DNA of 64,000 bases from positions 448,589 through 512,588 of the forward strand of contig JBAZXP010000001.1 in NCBI GenBank assembly GCA_041659805.1, given 5' to 3'. The number at the start of each line of letters is the position of its first letter. The stretch's first letter is position 1. A program made the position numbers and the translations under genes. Positions 1 to 9,493 of this stretch are shown in pieces. The stretch comes from Microgenomates group bacterium (lineage in GTDB: Bacteria > Patescibacteriota > Microgenomatia > Daviesbacterales > UBA10151). The notes beneath the pieces were generated by a model. It was given only the letters and a program-made list of their open reading frames with translations, was not told the origin of the DNA and searched no databases.

Positions 1-185
1 ACCATGCATGTCAGGAAGCATGATATTCAAAAGAATCAAACTGAAAATATCCTCATTAAGTATTTTTAAGCCCGCAACAGCGCTTTTTGCATGTATGACT
101 GCAAATCCTATTTGTGTTAAAGCATCCTTGTATTTTTGAGCTATGGTGTCGTTATGTTCGATTATTAATATTTTCATAAAGAGAG

Positions 186-2678
186 CTATTCATATCGTAT
201 TCTTGTTTTCATTACCCGCTCGAAAAATTCTATTAGAATAATTGTAACGGAAGGGAAAATAACGGCAATTAATGTTTCTTTGCTGCTAAGTTGGGAAAAT
301 AAGAATAAATCCCTGAGTCCCGGAATATATAAAGTGGCCAGTAACATGGCAACAGTTCCTAAAGCAATAAGCTTGACTACCAAGGCTGAACTTATAATAC
401 TGGAGAATATATTTTTTGGTCCATTTATATTAATTAACATGACTCCGATGTTAGAAATTACTAAGCAAATAAATGTTAAGGTTCTGGCGACTGTTTCAGA
501 AAAGTTCATGTAAAGGGAAAAAATAATTACTGTAATACAGGCGAATAATACAATACCTCCCTGTGCAATGGAGTAAAGTAATGTTTTATTATCTAAAAAT
601 GGTAAAGTAATTTTACGGGGCGGTTTTAGCATACTCTCTTTGTCTGCTACTGTTGTCTCAAATGCAATAGAAGAGGACGGATCGATAAATAGTTCCAAAA
701 AGACAATATGCAAAGGGAAAAGAATTAAGGGAAAATGGAAAAGAGGGGGGATGAGTGATATTCCGGCAATTGGGACATGGATTGCAAGCGTATACGTAAT
801 TGCTCTTTTAACATTGGTGTAAATTCTTCGTCCCAAGGCGACAGCCTCAACTAAAGATGAGAAATCTCCATTTAAAAGAATCAATGAAGCAGATTCTTTG
901 GCAACGTCGGTACTTCTGGTGCCTAAGGCTATTCCGATATGCGCAGATTTTAGGGCAGGAGCATCATTAACGCCATCACCTGTCATTGCTACAATTTCAC
1001 CGTTTGCCTTCAGTGCATTGACTATTCGGAGTTTTTCTTCAGGGATAATTCTGGCAAAAATTGTGATTGTTGATACAGCTTCTTGTAACTGTTTATCTGA
1101 CATTTTAGCAATTTCCTGGCCTGTGATAACTTTTTCAAAATTTTTAAGTCCGATTTCTGCAGCTACATGTTTTGCAGTTTCCGGATAATCACCTGTAACC
1201 ATCATGACTTTGACTCCTGCCTTGTAACATACTTGTAAGGCTTGAGAAACGGATGGACGAACAGGATCAATAAAACCGATTAATCCTAAAAATTTATAGT
1301 TTATTTCATCTTGAATTTTTGGTAAGTCTTTTGTTTTTACATATCCTTCTGCAACAGCGATGACCTTCAATCCGGTAATTGCCATTTGGGAAACCTGAAA
1401 TAAGACATCCCTTTCTTTTTCCGGATTAAGTTTGCAAAGTTTGATAATTGTTTCAGGGGCGCCTTTTGCAGCGATAGTATAAGTTTTTGAGTTCTTTATC
1501 TGCCATATATTGGTGATAGACATCGTATTTTTAGAAAATGGGTATTCTTTAACTAATTCTTTATTTTCAGGAATTTCCAGTTTTTGAATTTTTGCCTTAT
1601 CGAAAATAGCTATTTCAACTGGATCAAAGGTATGTGTGCGTGATGCTAAAATAGCGTATTTAATGAGTTCTTCGTCAGTTACATTGTCTTCGCTAAGGAG
1701 ATTGCGGATGGATAATTTATTGAAAGTAACAGTGCCTGTTTTATCAACACAAAGAATAGTAGTTGCGCCTAATGTTTCAATAGCGGGGAAATCTTTGGTC
1801 AGCACTCCTTTTCTGGAAATCCGCCATGCACCAAGTGCTAAAAAAACAGTCATTATGACTGCAAATTCTTCTGGAATAATAGCTAAACTTAGTGTTACGC
1901 CGGCAAGTAGTCCTTCCATCCAGTCATTCCGCACCAGCCCATAAATAAGTACCACAATAAGACAAAGAAACCCACCAAAAAGTGCTAATTTAACAATAAA
2001 TCTACCTGTTTCTTCCTGTAGCCGTGATTTTCCTCTATCTATTTGTTGCAGAGCTTTTCCTATTTTTCCGATTTCAGTATTACTACCTGTGAGTAATACT
2101 TCTGCGTAACAATGTCCTGTGGTGATTATTGTTCCGCTAAAAAGGAAAGAAAGACTGGCTCCACCAGGTCTTGTAATAGGTGTAGTTTTATTCCACACAG
2201 ATTTGGAAACAGCGAGTGATTCACCTGTTAAAACAGATTCATCTACAGTTAAATTATTTTCTTCTAATATTGCGCAATCTGCTGGAATCCGTTCACCTTC
2301 CGATAAAATCAAAATATCCCCAGGAACCAATTCCCGTGAGGGAATAGTTTTCGGTATTCCTTCACGGATTATTTTAGCCATTGGTTCTGACAATTCTTTT
2401 AAAGCTGCCAAAGCTTTTTCTGTTTTTCTATTTTGGAAAAAAGAAATTCCGATAATAATAGCGATACTTCCTGCAAGCGCAAAAGCTTCTTTTGTCCCCC
2501 CGATCGTAAAATAGATTGCCACAGAAAGAATTAATAACAAAAACATAGGTTCTTTTAAAGTTAAAAGAAGTGCATAGAGAAATCCTTTTTGTTTGTCTTG
2601 AGGAAGTGCATTTAATCCATTCAGGTTTAATCTTTTTTTGGCTTCGGCTTCTGATAAACCAATAAACTTTTCACTCAT
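186..2678 (-). CDS. P-type cation-transporting ATPase (Ca2+/Mg2+ type, P2-like)
   Basis: 830 aa with a phosphorylation motif CVDKTGTVT and a hinge motif MTGDGVNDAPALK. There are about 10 predicted TM helices and the N/P/A domain order of P-type ATPases. Confidence 0.9.
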   Translation of the reverse strand: MSEKFIGLSEAEAKKRLNLNGLNALPQDKQKGFLYALLLTLKEPMFLLLILSVAIYFTIGGTKEAFALAGSIAIIIGISFFQNRKTEKALAALKELSEPMAKIIREGIPKTIPSRELVPGDILILSEGERIPADCAILEENNLTVDESVLTGESLAVSKSVWNKTTPITRPGGASLSFLFSGTIITTGHCYAEVLLTGSNTEIGKIGKALQQIDRGKSRLQEETGRFIVKLALFGGFLCLIVVLIYGLVRNDWMEGLLAGVTLSLAIIPEEFAVIMTVFLALGAWRISRKGVLTKDFPAIETLGATTILCVDKTGTVTFNKLSIRNLLSEDNVTDEELIKYAILASRTHTFDPVEIAIFDKAKIQKLEIPENKELVKEYPFSKNTMSITNIWQIKNSKTYTIAAKGAPETIIKLCKLNPEKERDVLFQVSQMAITGLKVIAVAEGYVKTKDLPKIQDEINYKFLGLIGFIDPVRPSVSQALQVCYKAGVKVMMVTGDYPETAKHVAAEIGLKNFEKVITGQEIAKMSDKQLQEAVSTITIFARIIPEEKLRIVNALKANGEIVAMTGDGVNDAPALKSAHIGIALGTRSTDVAKESASLILLNGDFSSLVEAVALGRRIYTNVKRAITYTLAIHVPIAGISLIPPLFHFPLILFPLHIVFLELFIDPSSSIAFETTVADKESMLKPPRKITLPFLDNKTLLYSIAQGGIVLFACITVIIFSLYMNFSETVARTLTFICLVISNIGVMLININGPKNIFSSIISSALVVKLIALGTVAMLLATLYIPGLRDLFLFSQLSSKETLIAVIFPSVTIILIEFFERVMKTRIRYE

Positions 2679-2731
2679 ATTATTAGTGTATCATGGCTGA
2701 ATTAAGATGGGGTAAATAGTTAGAGAGTTAG

Positions 2732-2805
2732 TAGCGCGTAGGGGATTTGAACCCCTGATTGCTGGAATGAGAATCCAGAGTCCTGGACCACTAGACGAAC
2801 GCGCC
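2732..2805 (-). tRNA. tRNA-Glu (anticodon CUC)
   Basis: The reverse complement GGCGCGTTCGTCTAGTGGTCCAGGACTCTGGATTCTCATTCCAGCAATCAGGGGTTCAAATCCCCTACGCGCTA folds as a cloverleaf. It has a 7-bp acceptor stem (G1-U72 wobble), a CTGGA/TCCAG anticodon stem with loop TTCTCAT (anticodon CTC), and a TΨC arm GGGGTTCAAATCCCC. CCA is not encoded. Confidence 0.75.
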
Positions 2806-2984
2806 ATGCGTATAAATTACGTTCATCTGCGAGAGCTAAAGCTCTCTAATGACGAACGCGCCATGTAATTTAGAACAAGTGAATTTTATCAAAAAAAGCA
2901 TATTAATGCCATGGTCTTATCTTAATTTCATGTCTTGCAAAAATTATTTAGATGGTCTAAAATTTACCGAATCTAATCCTTTTT

Positions 2985-3473
2985 ATGGCCAAACTAGATA
3001 GGTCAGCTAAGATATCTAAAAAAGTTTACTTAACACCACAAGGTCTTCAAGACGCGAAAAACGAGTTGGACTATTTAATAACTGACAAAAGAGTTCAGGT
3101 TGCAGAAAGAATTCAAAGGGCAAGGGATTTTGGTGATGTATCAGAAAATTCAGAATATGATTCAGCTTTAGAAGAACAAACTTTGGTTGAAAATAGGATT
3201 GCTTATTTGGAGGATGCAATCGGTAATGCACAACTAATAGAGCATGTTTTAACAAATGATACAGTGGTAATCGGATCAGTTGTTAAAGTAAACATGGATG
3301 GAACGGTTGATGAATATACAATAGTTGGAAAAGTGGAAGCAAACCCTTCTAAGAAAAAAATATCTAATGAATCTCCGGTGGGATCAGCCCTTTTGGGTGC
3401 AAGAATTGGGGAAGAAGTGATGATCTCTACACCAGGTTCAAGCTTCAAAGCCAAGGTTTTACAAATTAAATAG
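2985..3473 (+). CDS. greA: Transcription elongation factor GreA
   Basis: 162 aa with an N-terminal coiled-coil and a C-terminal FKBP-like domain. The acidic tip RDFGDVSENSEYD is typical of GreA/GreB; the start codon is not certain. Confidence 0.85.
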   Translation: MAKLDRSAKISKKVYLTPQGLQDAKNELDYLITDKRVQVAERIQRARDFGDVSENSEYDSALEEQTLVENRIAYLEDAIGNAQLIEHVLTNDTVVIGSVVKVNMDGTVDEYTIVGKVEANPSKKKISNESPVGSALLGARIGEEVMISTPGSSFKAKVLQIK

Positions 3474-3509
3474 CTTTAAAATCCCCTTTGCTTCAGTTAT
3501 ACTTGTTTC

Positions 3510-4985
3510 ATGGCTGTTGATCAATTAAAAAAAGAACGTTTAAAGAAACTCGCTAATATTCAAAAACTGGGAATTAATCCATATCCTGCAAAAACTAACC
3601 GTAAACAGACCTTGGAAGAGGCTAAAAAGATGCTGGGGAAAAAAGTTGCTGTTGTCGGAAGGATTAGATCGTTTCGTCCTCATGGAAAAATTACCTTTGC
3701 TGATATAGAAGATGCATCAGGCAAAATGCAGATATTTTTTTCACAAAATGATACCCCGGGTGAAAAATATGATTTTTTAGTTAATTTAGATCTTGGTGAT
3801 TTTATACAAGTAGAGGGAGAAGTTTTTAAAACACAAGCAGGTGAGGTTACAGTTAAAGCCAGCTCATACCAGTTGCTTACTAAATCTTTGCTACCGCTAC
3901 CTTCATCTTGGTATGGATTGAAAGATGTGGAGGAAAGATATCGCAAAAGATATTTGGACCTGTTAATGAATCCTGAAGTTAGACAGGTTGCAGAGAAGAG
4001 ATCGCAGATAATTTATGCAATTAGAAAGTTTTTAACAGAAGAGAAGGGTTATTTTGAAGTTGAAGATCCTGTTTTGCAGCCTTTATATGGAGGAACCAGG
4101 GCAAGACCATTTAAAACACATCACAATACATTGGATGCAGATTTATTTCTTAGAATTTCTAATGAGCTATATTTAAAAAGATTAATTGTAGGGGGGTTTG
4201 AAAAAGTATTTGAAATGGGGCATACATTTCGTAATGAAGGGATGGATAGAAATCATAATCCGGAATTTACTATGCTTGAGACAATGGAGGCGTATGCAGA
4301 TTATAAGGATAATATGAATTTAATCGAAGAAATGTTTGAATATGTTGCAAAAAGAGTGTTTGGCAGAACTAAACTGGATTATATGGGGCAAACTTTAGAA
4401 TTTAAAAGACCATGGGCTAGGATAAAGCTTGAAGATTTATTCAAACAGCACACAGGTGTTTCTATGAAGGAAATTGATTCTTTAGAAAAAGCAACTGCTC
4501 TGGCAGAAAAACTTGGAGTTAAAATTCAGGATTATATGACTGATGGGGAAATTTTGCTTGAAATTTTTGAAAAAAAATGTACAGACCAATTAATTCAACC
4601 GACATTTATTTATGATTATCCTGCAGATTTTTATCCTTTGGCAAAAAGATGCGAAGATGATCCTAAATTTGTTGAAAGCTTTGACATCTATGTTTCAGGT
4701 ATGGAAATGGGGACAAACTATTCAGAACAAAATGATCCTCAGGCTTTAAGAGAAGCATGGATGGCGGAAAAAGAAAAAGCCCAAAAAGGGAATGATGAAG
4801 CTCAAAAAATGGATGATGATTTTTTAGAAGCCTTAGAATATGGAATGCCTCCAACATCAGGAATTGGACCTGGTATAGATAGATGGATAATGGTTATGAC
4901 AGGATCACCAAGCATCTCTGATGTGATATTATTCCCAACCATGAAGCCAGAAGGGGAGCAAAAAAAGAAAAGCAAGAAAAAATGA
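3510..4985 (+). CDS. lysS: Lysyl-tRNA synthetase (class II)
   Basis: 491 aa with an N-terminal OB anticodon-binding domain. It carries class II motifs FRNEGMDRNHNPEFTMLE and GIGPGIDRWIMV, and a C-terminal K-rich tail. Confidence 0.95.
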   Translation: MAVDQLKKERLKKLANIQKLGINPYPAKTNRKQTLEEAKKMLGKKVAVVGRIRSFRPHGKITFADIEDASGKMQIFFSQNDTPGEKYDFLVNLDLGDFIQVEGEVFKTQAGEVTVKASSYQLLTKSLLPLPSSWYGLKDVEERYRKRYLDLLMNPEVRQVAEKRSQIIYAIRKFLTEEKGYFEVEDPVLQPLYGGTRARPFKTHHNTLDADLFLRISNELYLKRLIVGGFEKVFEMGHTFRNEGMDRNHNPEFTMLETMEAYADYKDNMNLIEEMFEYVAKRVFGRTKLDYMGQTLEFKRPWARIKLEDLFKQHTGVSMKEIDSLEKATALAEKLGVKIQDYMTDGEILLEIFEKKCTDQLIQPTFIYDYPADFYPLAKRCEDDPKFVESFDIYVSGMEMGTNYSEQNDPQALREAWMAEKEKAQKGNDEAQKMDDDFLEALEYGMPPTSGIGPGIDRWIMVMTGSPSISDVILFPTMKPEGEQKKKSKKK

Positions 4986-5548
4986 TTAACAGAGAAGAAG
5001 CTTTAAAGATTTTGGAAGAAAAAGTCCAAAATCAAAACATAATAAAACACATGTTGGCAACAGAAGCCATGATGAAAGCTTTGGCAAAAAAGTTTGAGCC
5101 AGAAAAGATCGAGGAATGGGGTTTGTCTGGTCTTTTGCATGACGGAGATTATTCTGAAAGCGTGCCTTTGGAAAAACAAGGGATTCAAATCAGCGAATGG
5201 GTAGAGGAGAAAGGATATGACGTTCCTGAGGCAGTTAAACATGCTATGGCTGCACACAATATGGAAAACACAGGAGTTAAGCCTGAATCAAAAATGGACT
5301 GGGCGCTTTTTTGTGGAGATTCGTTAACTGGTTTGATTGTAGCATCAGCCTTGGTGTTGCCAGATAAGAAATTGGCAGGTGTTACTTCAGAGACGGTTTT
5401 AAAAAGATTCAAAGAACCAAAATTTGCTGCTGGCACCAGAAGAGAAGGAATAAAGATGTGTGAGGAACACTTAGGGATTTCCTTGGAAGAATTTGTTAAA
5501 ATAACCCTGGAAGCCATGCAGGAAGTGCATGAAGAAATAGGACTTTAA
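4982..5548 (+). CDS. HD-domain phosphohydrolase (HDIG-like)
   Basis: 188 aa with an H...HD metal-binding signature (LLHDGDY, later HAMAAHN). Its ATGA start overlaps the lysS stop, suggesting translational coupling. Confidence 0.5.
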   Translation: MINREEALKILEEKVQNQNIIKHMLATEAMMKALAKKFEPEKIEEWGLSGLLHDGDYSESVPLEKQGIQISEWVEEKGYDVPEAVKHAMAAHNMENTGVKPESKMDWALFCGDSLTGLIVASALVLPDKKLAGVTSETVLKRFKEPKFAAGTRREGIKMCEEHLGISLEEFVKITLEAMQEVHEEIGL

Positions 5549-5549
5549 A

Positions 5550-6788
5550 ATGTTAGATATAAATTTTATTAGAGAGAATACCGAAGAGACTAAAAAAGGC
5601 GTAAAGGATAAAGGCTACGATGTTAGTATTGTGGAAAAAGTTTTAGATTTAGATAAAACCAGAAGAGAATTAATTCAAAAAGTTGATACTTTAAGAGCTG
5701 AAGGAAATAAAGCAGCTGATGAAAGAAATTCTGAAAAAGGCAAACAGGTAAAAGTTGAGTTGCAAAAAATAGAACCGGTTTTGGAAAAAATAAAGACAGA
5801 ATTTGAGACTGCTTTAATGCAAATTCCTAATTTACCGGGTGAGGATTCTCCTGTTGGTAAAGATGAATCAGAAAATAAAGTTTTAAGAAAAGTGGGGGAG
5901 ATAAAAAAGCTTGATTTTGAAGCACTTGATCATTTTGCTTTGGGACAAAATTTAGGAATTATAGATTTTGAAAGTGGCTCAAAAGTAACTGGTTCTCAAT
6001 TTTATTATTTATTAAATGAAGGGGCTTTACTTGAAATTGCATTAATTCAATATGCTATGAATCTCCTGTCAAAAGAAGGTTTTATTCCTGTGATCACCCC
6101 TGATTTAGCAAAATCAAGATTCTATTTAGGAACAGGGTATGCTCCAAAAGGAAACGAAGCTCAAACTTATACCATTGATGATGAAGATTTAGGATTAATC
6201 GCAACAGCAGAGGTAACTTTGGCCGGAAAACATGCAGATGAAATTTTTCAAGAAAATGAATTACCGGTAAAATACATCGGATATTCACATTGTTTTAGAA
6301 AGGAAGCAGGGGCATATGGTAAATATTCAAAAGGATTGTATCGAGTGCATCAATTTACCAAAGCGGAAATGTTCATTTACTGTTTACCTGAAGAATCTAA
6401 TAAAATGCATGAATATTTATTATCATTGGAAGAAAAAATTTATCAGGATCTTGGAATTCCCTATCAGGTTTTGGAAATGTGTACCGGTGACCTTGGAGCA
6501 ATGGCAGCCAGAAAATTTGATATCGAAGCCTGGATGCCAGGTAGAAATGAATACGGAGAAGTAACGTCAACATCTAACTGTACTGATTATCAGGCCAGAA
6601 ATTTAAATATTAAAGTGAAAGGCAAAGATAAAACAGAATATATACATATGTTAAATGGGACAGCTATCGCTACATCCAGAGCAATAATTGCAATTTTAGA
6701 AAACTTTCAACAAGAAGATGGGTCAGTTAAAATTCCTGAAGTCTTACAAAAATATACTGGCTTTACAGAAATTTTTCCCAAGAAATAA
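5550..6788 (+). CDS. serS: Seryl-tRNA synthetase
   Basis: 412 aa with an N-terminal long coiled-coil arm. The class II core carries GYSHCFRKEAGAYGKYSKGLYRVHQF and TAIATSRAIIAILE. Confidence 0.95.
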   Translation: MLDINFIRENTEETKKGVKDKGYDVSIVEKVLDLDKTRRELIQKVDTLRAEGNKAADERNSEKGKQVKVELQKIEPVLEKIKTEFETALMQIPNLPGEDSPVGKDESENKVLRKVGEIKKLDFEALDHFALGQNLGIIDFESGSKVTGSQFYYLLNEGALLEIALIQYAMNLLSKEGFIPVITPDLAKSRFYLGTGYAPKGNEAQTYTIDDEDLGLIATAEVTLAGKHADEIFQENELPVKYIGYSHCFRKEAGAYGKYSKGLYRVHQFTKAEMFIYCLPEESNKMHEYLLSLEEKIYQDLGIPYQVLEMCTGDLGAMAARKFDIEAWMPGRNEYGEVTSTSNCTDYQARNLNIKVKGKDKTEYIHMLNGTAIATSRAIIAILENFQQEDGSVKIPEVLQKYTGFTEIFPKK

Positions 6789-6802
6789 TTTTTTTCCAAA
6801 AA

Positions 6803-6838
6803 ATACACCCCTGTTTTAAAGAGGTGTATCTTTTCTTC
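6803..6838. terminator. Bidirectional rho-independent terminator hairpin
   Basis: ATACACCCCT-gttttaa-AGAGGTGTAT forms a 9/10-bp stem. It is flanked by T-runs on both strands and lies between convergent serS and the small acidic ORF. Confidence 0.55.
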
Positions 6839-6852
6839 AAACAAACCTAAAC

Positions 6853-7044
6853 TTAAGCAGCTGGTTGATCTGTAGGGGTTTCTGTAGCAGCTGGTGCTTC
6901 TTCTCCTCCCATTACAGGTGCATCTGCTGATGTTGCTGGTTCTTCTGTTGAAGTAGTAATTGGTGCATCTTCCATAGAAGGTGCAACTGGTTGTTGAACA
7001 TCTCCTGTTGTAGGAGGTGTTGCTGTATCATCTTGTGGTGGCAT
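6853..7044 (-). CDS. Small acidic Pro/Thr/Ala-rich protein (disordered), hypothetical
   Basis: A 63-aa low-complexity ORF. A strong Shine-Dalgarno AAGGAGGTGAGAAT sits immediately upstream of its ATG (reverse complement of 7045..7061). It is co-directional with ugd. Confidence 0.5.
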   Translation of the reverse strand: MPPQDDTATPPTTGDVQQPVAPSMEDAPITTSTEEPATSADAPVMGGEEAPAATETPTDQPAA

Positions 7045-7109
7045 ATTCTCACCTCCTTTTCTATTGTCTTATTGTCTCTAAGATCAGAAATTAAATCAAT
7101 AGCCTTGTT

Positions 7110-8399
7110 TTAGGCCCTACCAATTCCATGATAAATGAATCCCAGTTCTTTAACTTCCAAAGGATCATAGATATTTCGTCCATCAAAAATTATTGCTTGT
7201 TTCATAAGTTTCTTTACTTCTACTAAATCTAATTCTCTGAATTCATTCCATTCTGTGATGAGTAGGAATGCAGAAGCATCTTCAACTGCTTTGTAAGGAC
7301 TTTCTTCATATTGGATTTTATCTCCATATATTTTTCTGACATTTTCCATTGCTTCTGGATCATAAACTTTAATTATAGCTCCGTTTTTCAGTAACATTTC
7401 AATTATTTTAACTGAAGGTGCTTCTCTGATATCGTCAGTATTGGCCTTGAAGGCAAGCCCCAATACTGCGATCGTTTTATCTTTCAAATCGCCTAATTCC
7501 GATTCGACCTTATTAAAAAATTTTTTCGGTTGATCGTTATTTATTTCTTCCACTGCTTTTAATAACTTAAAATCAATATCATATTTTTCGGCGATTTTTA
7601 TAAAAGCGGAGATGTCTTTGGGGAAACATGATCCGCCATATCCAACTCCTGGGTAAAGAAATGCGCGCCCTAATCTTTTATCAAGACCGACTCCTTTTAA
7701 GACCATTTCTACGTCAGCTCCCGTGCTTTCACATAAATTTGCAATTGCATTGGCAAAAGAAATTTTTGTAGCGAGTAAACTATTGGCAGCATATTTAGTC
7801 ATCTGAGCAGATGTTAAATCACAAATAATTCTTTGACCATTAAAATTTTCATATAATTTTAATAATATATCGGCAGCTTTTCTAGAATTAGTGCCAATGA
7901 CTATTCTATCCGGTGTTTTTGTATCCTCTACTGCGGAGCCTTCTCTTAAAAATTCAGGGCAGGAGGCGAATTCAAACTCTGCACTACTATTTTTCTTTAT
8001 TAAGGTTTCCAGTTCTTTTTCAACTCCGATCGGAACAGTACTTTTAATAGCAATTAGTGTGTAATCCTTTAAATGTTTTGCAACACTCTCTGAAGCATCA
8101 TAAAGATAAGTGAGATTTGGTTCGCCGTTTTCTTTGGGCGGGGTACCGACACAAACAAATACAACTTTTGAATTGGGCACTGATTCTTCATATGAGGTTG
8201 TAAAAAACAATCTTCCTTGACTTAAATTTTTCTTAACAAGTTCCTGTAACCCCGGCTCAAAAAAAGGTATCTCTCCCTGGATTAATTTTTCTATTTTAGA
8301 TTCATCTATGTCAACACAATAAACTTTATGGCCCAGGTCTGCAAAAACAGTGCCTGTGACTAAACCAACGTAACCCGTGCCGATAACTGAGATATTCAT
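7110..8399 (-). CDS. ugd: UDP-glucose 6-dehydrogenase / nucleotide-sugar dehydrogenase
   Basis: 429 aa with an N-terminal Rossmann motif VIGTGYVGLVTG. The catalytic-Cys motif GGSCFPKD and the family's C-terminal UDP-binding domain are present. Confidence 0.85.
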   Translation of the reverse strand: MNISVIGTGYVGLVTGTVFADLGHKVYCVDIDESKIEKLIQGEIPFFEPGLQELVKKNLSQGRLFFTTSYEESVPNSKVVFVCVGTPPKENGEPNLTYLYDASESVAKHLKDYTLIAIKSTVPIGVEKELETLIKKNSSAEFEFASCPEFLREGSAVEDTKTPDRIVIGTNSRKAADILLKLYENFNGQRIICDLTSAQMTKYAANSLLATKISFANAIANLCESTGADVEMVLKGVGLDKRLGRAFLYPGVGYGGSCFPKDISAFIKIAEKYDIDFKLLKAVEEINNDQPKKFFNKVESELGDLKDKTIAVLGLAFKANTDDIREAPSVKIIEMLLKNGAIIKVYDPEAMENVRKIYGDKIQYEESPYKAVEDASAFLLITEWNEFRELDLVEVKKLMKQAIIFDGRNIYDPLEVKELGFIYHGIGRA

Positions 8400-8470
8400 A
8401 ATCTAATGAATCATATTGTAAGAATTGAGGTCTTGTCAACCTTAAACTATCTGTCTATTATATTTGGTAC

Positions 8471-9493
8471 ATGACAAGTAAAAAGATTTTAGTTACAGGG
8501 GCTGGAGGATACATAGGATCTGTTACGACAGATTTACTTTTAGAACAAGGATATAAAGTTGTAGCACTTGATAATTTTTCCAGAGGTTATAAATCTCCCT
8601 TAGAATATCTTCAAAATAAATACGGTCATGATAAAATTAGTTTTTATGAAAAAGATTTAGTTCAGGATGACTTAGATGATTTATTTAAAAAAGAAGAGAT
8701 TGAGGTAATTATGCATTTTGCAGCCTTATGTAATGTGGGTGAATCCTGGGAAAAACCTGAACTTTATTTTGGCAATAACGTTATCGGGTTACAAAGGCTA
8801 GCAGAAGTTGCGATAAAAGCAAAAGTTGATAAAATAATTTTTTCCTCTACCTGTGCTGTATATGGTGATGCAAAATATTTGCCGATTGATGAAAAACACC
8901 CGATTGCTGATCCCGCCAGTCCTTATGGAGCCACCAAAAAAATGTGTGAAGAAATTTTGAATTGGTATTCTAAGGCTAATCTTTTGAAGTATGTATTTCT
9001 AAGATATTTTAATGTTACAGGTGCCTCCAATGATCATATGCTGGGGGACTCAAAAAATCCTTCTTTTCACCTTGTTCAAAATGCAGTTAAAGGGGCATTG
9101 GGTTTAGAAAAATTTGAATTAAATTATACCCCAGTAAATACATCTGATGGTTCACCTATTCGTGACTATACAAATGTAGTAGATTTGGCAGACGCTCATA
9201 TAAAGGCGCTTGAATATATATTAAATGAAGAAAATAAAAGTGATGTATTTAATTTAGGAACCGGAAAAGGCGATTCTGTTTTAGAAATTGTTAAAATTGT
9301 GAAAGATAAAACCGGAGTAGATTTTGAGGTAAATATGTCGGAAAACAGGAGAAAAGGTGAGGCAGATAAGATGATTGCAGATATTAAGAAGGCAGAAAAA
9401 TTTTTGGGTTGGAAACCGACGCACACTTTGGAACAAAGTATTGATTCTCTGATTGCTTGGTATAAAGCAAATCCTCAGGGCTGGAAAGATTAA
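8471..9493 (+). CDS. NAD-dependent nucleotide-sugar 4-epimerase (GalE family; possibly UDP-glucuronate 4-epimerase)
   Basis: 340 aa with VTGAGGYIGS Rossmann and SPYGATK (YxxxK) catalytic motifs. It is divergent from ugd. Confidence 0.7.
   Translation: MTSKKILVTGAGGYIGSVTTDLLLEQGYKVVALDNFSRGYKSPLEYLQNKYGHDKISFYEKDLVQDDLDDLFKKEEIEVIMHFAALCNVGESWEKPELYFGNNVIGLQRLAEVAIKAKVDKIIFSSTCAVYGDAKYLPIDEKHPIADPASPYGATKKMCEEILNWYSKANLLKYVFLRYFNVTGASNDHMLGDSKNPSFHLVQNAVKGALGLEKFELNYTPVNTSDGSPIRDYTNVVDLADAHIKALEYILNEENKSDVFNLGTGKGDSVLEIVKIVKDKTGVDFEVNMSENRRKGEADKMIADIKKAEKFLGWKPTHTLEQSIDSLIAWYKANPQGWKD

Noticed and set aside
6316-6564. An 82-aa ORF inside serS
   Set aside because: It is fully embedded in a well-supported serS reading frame in another frame.
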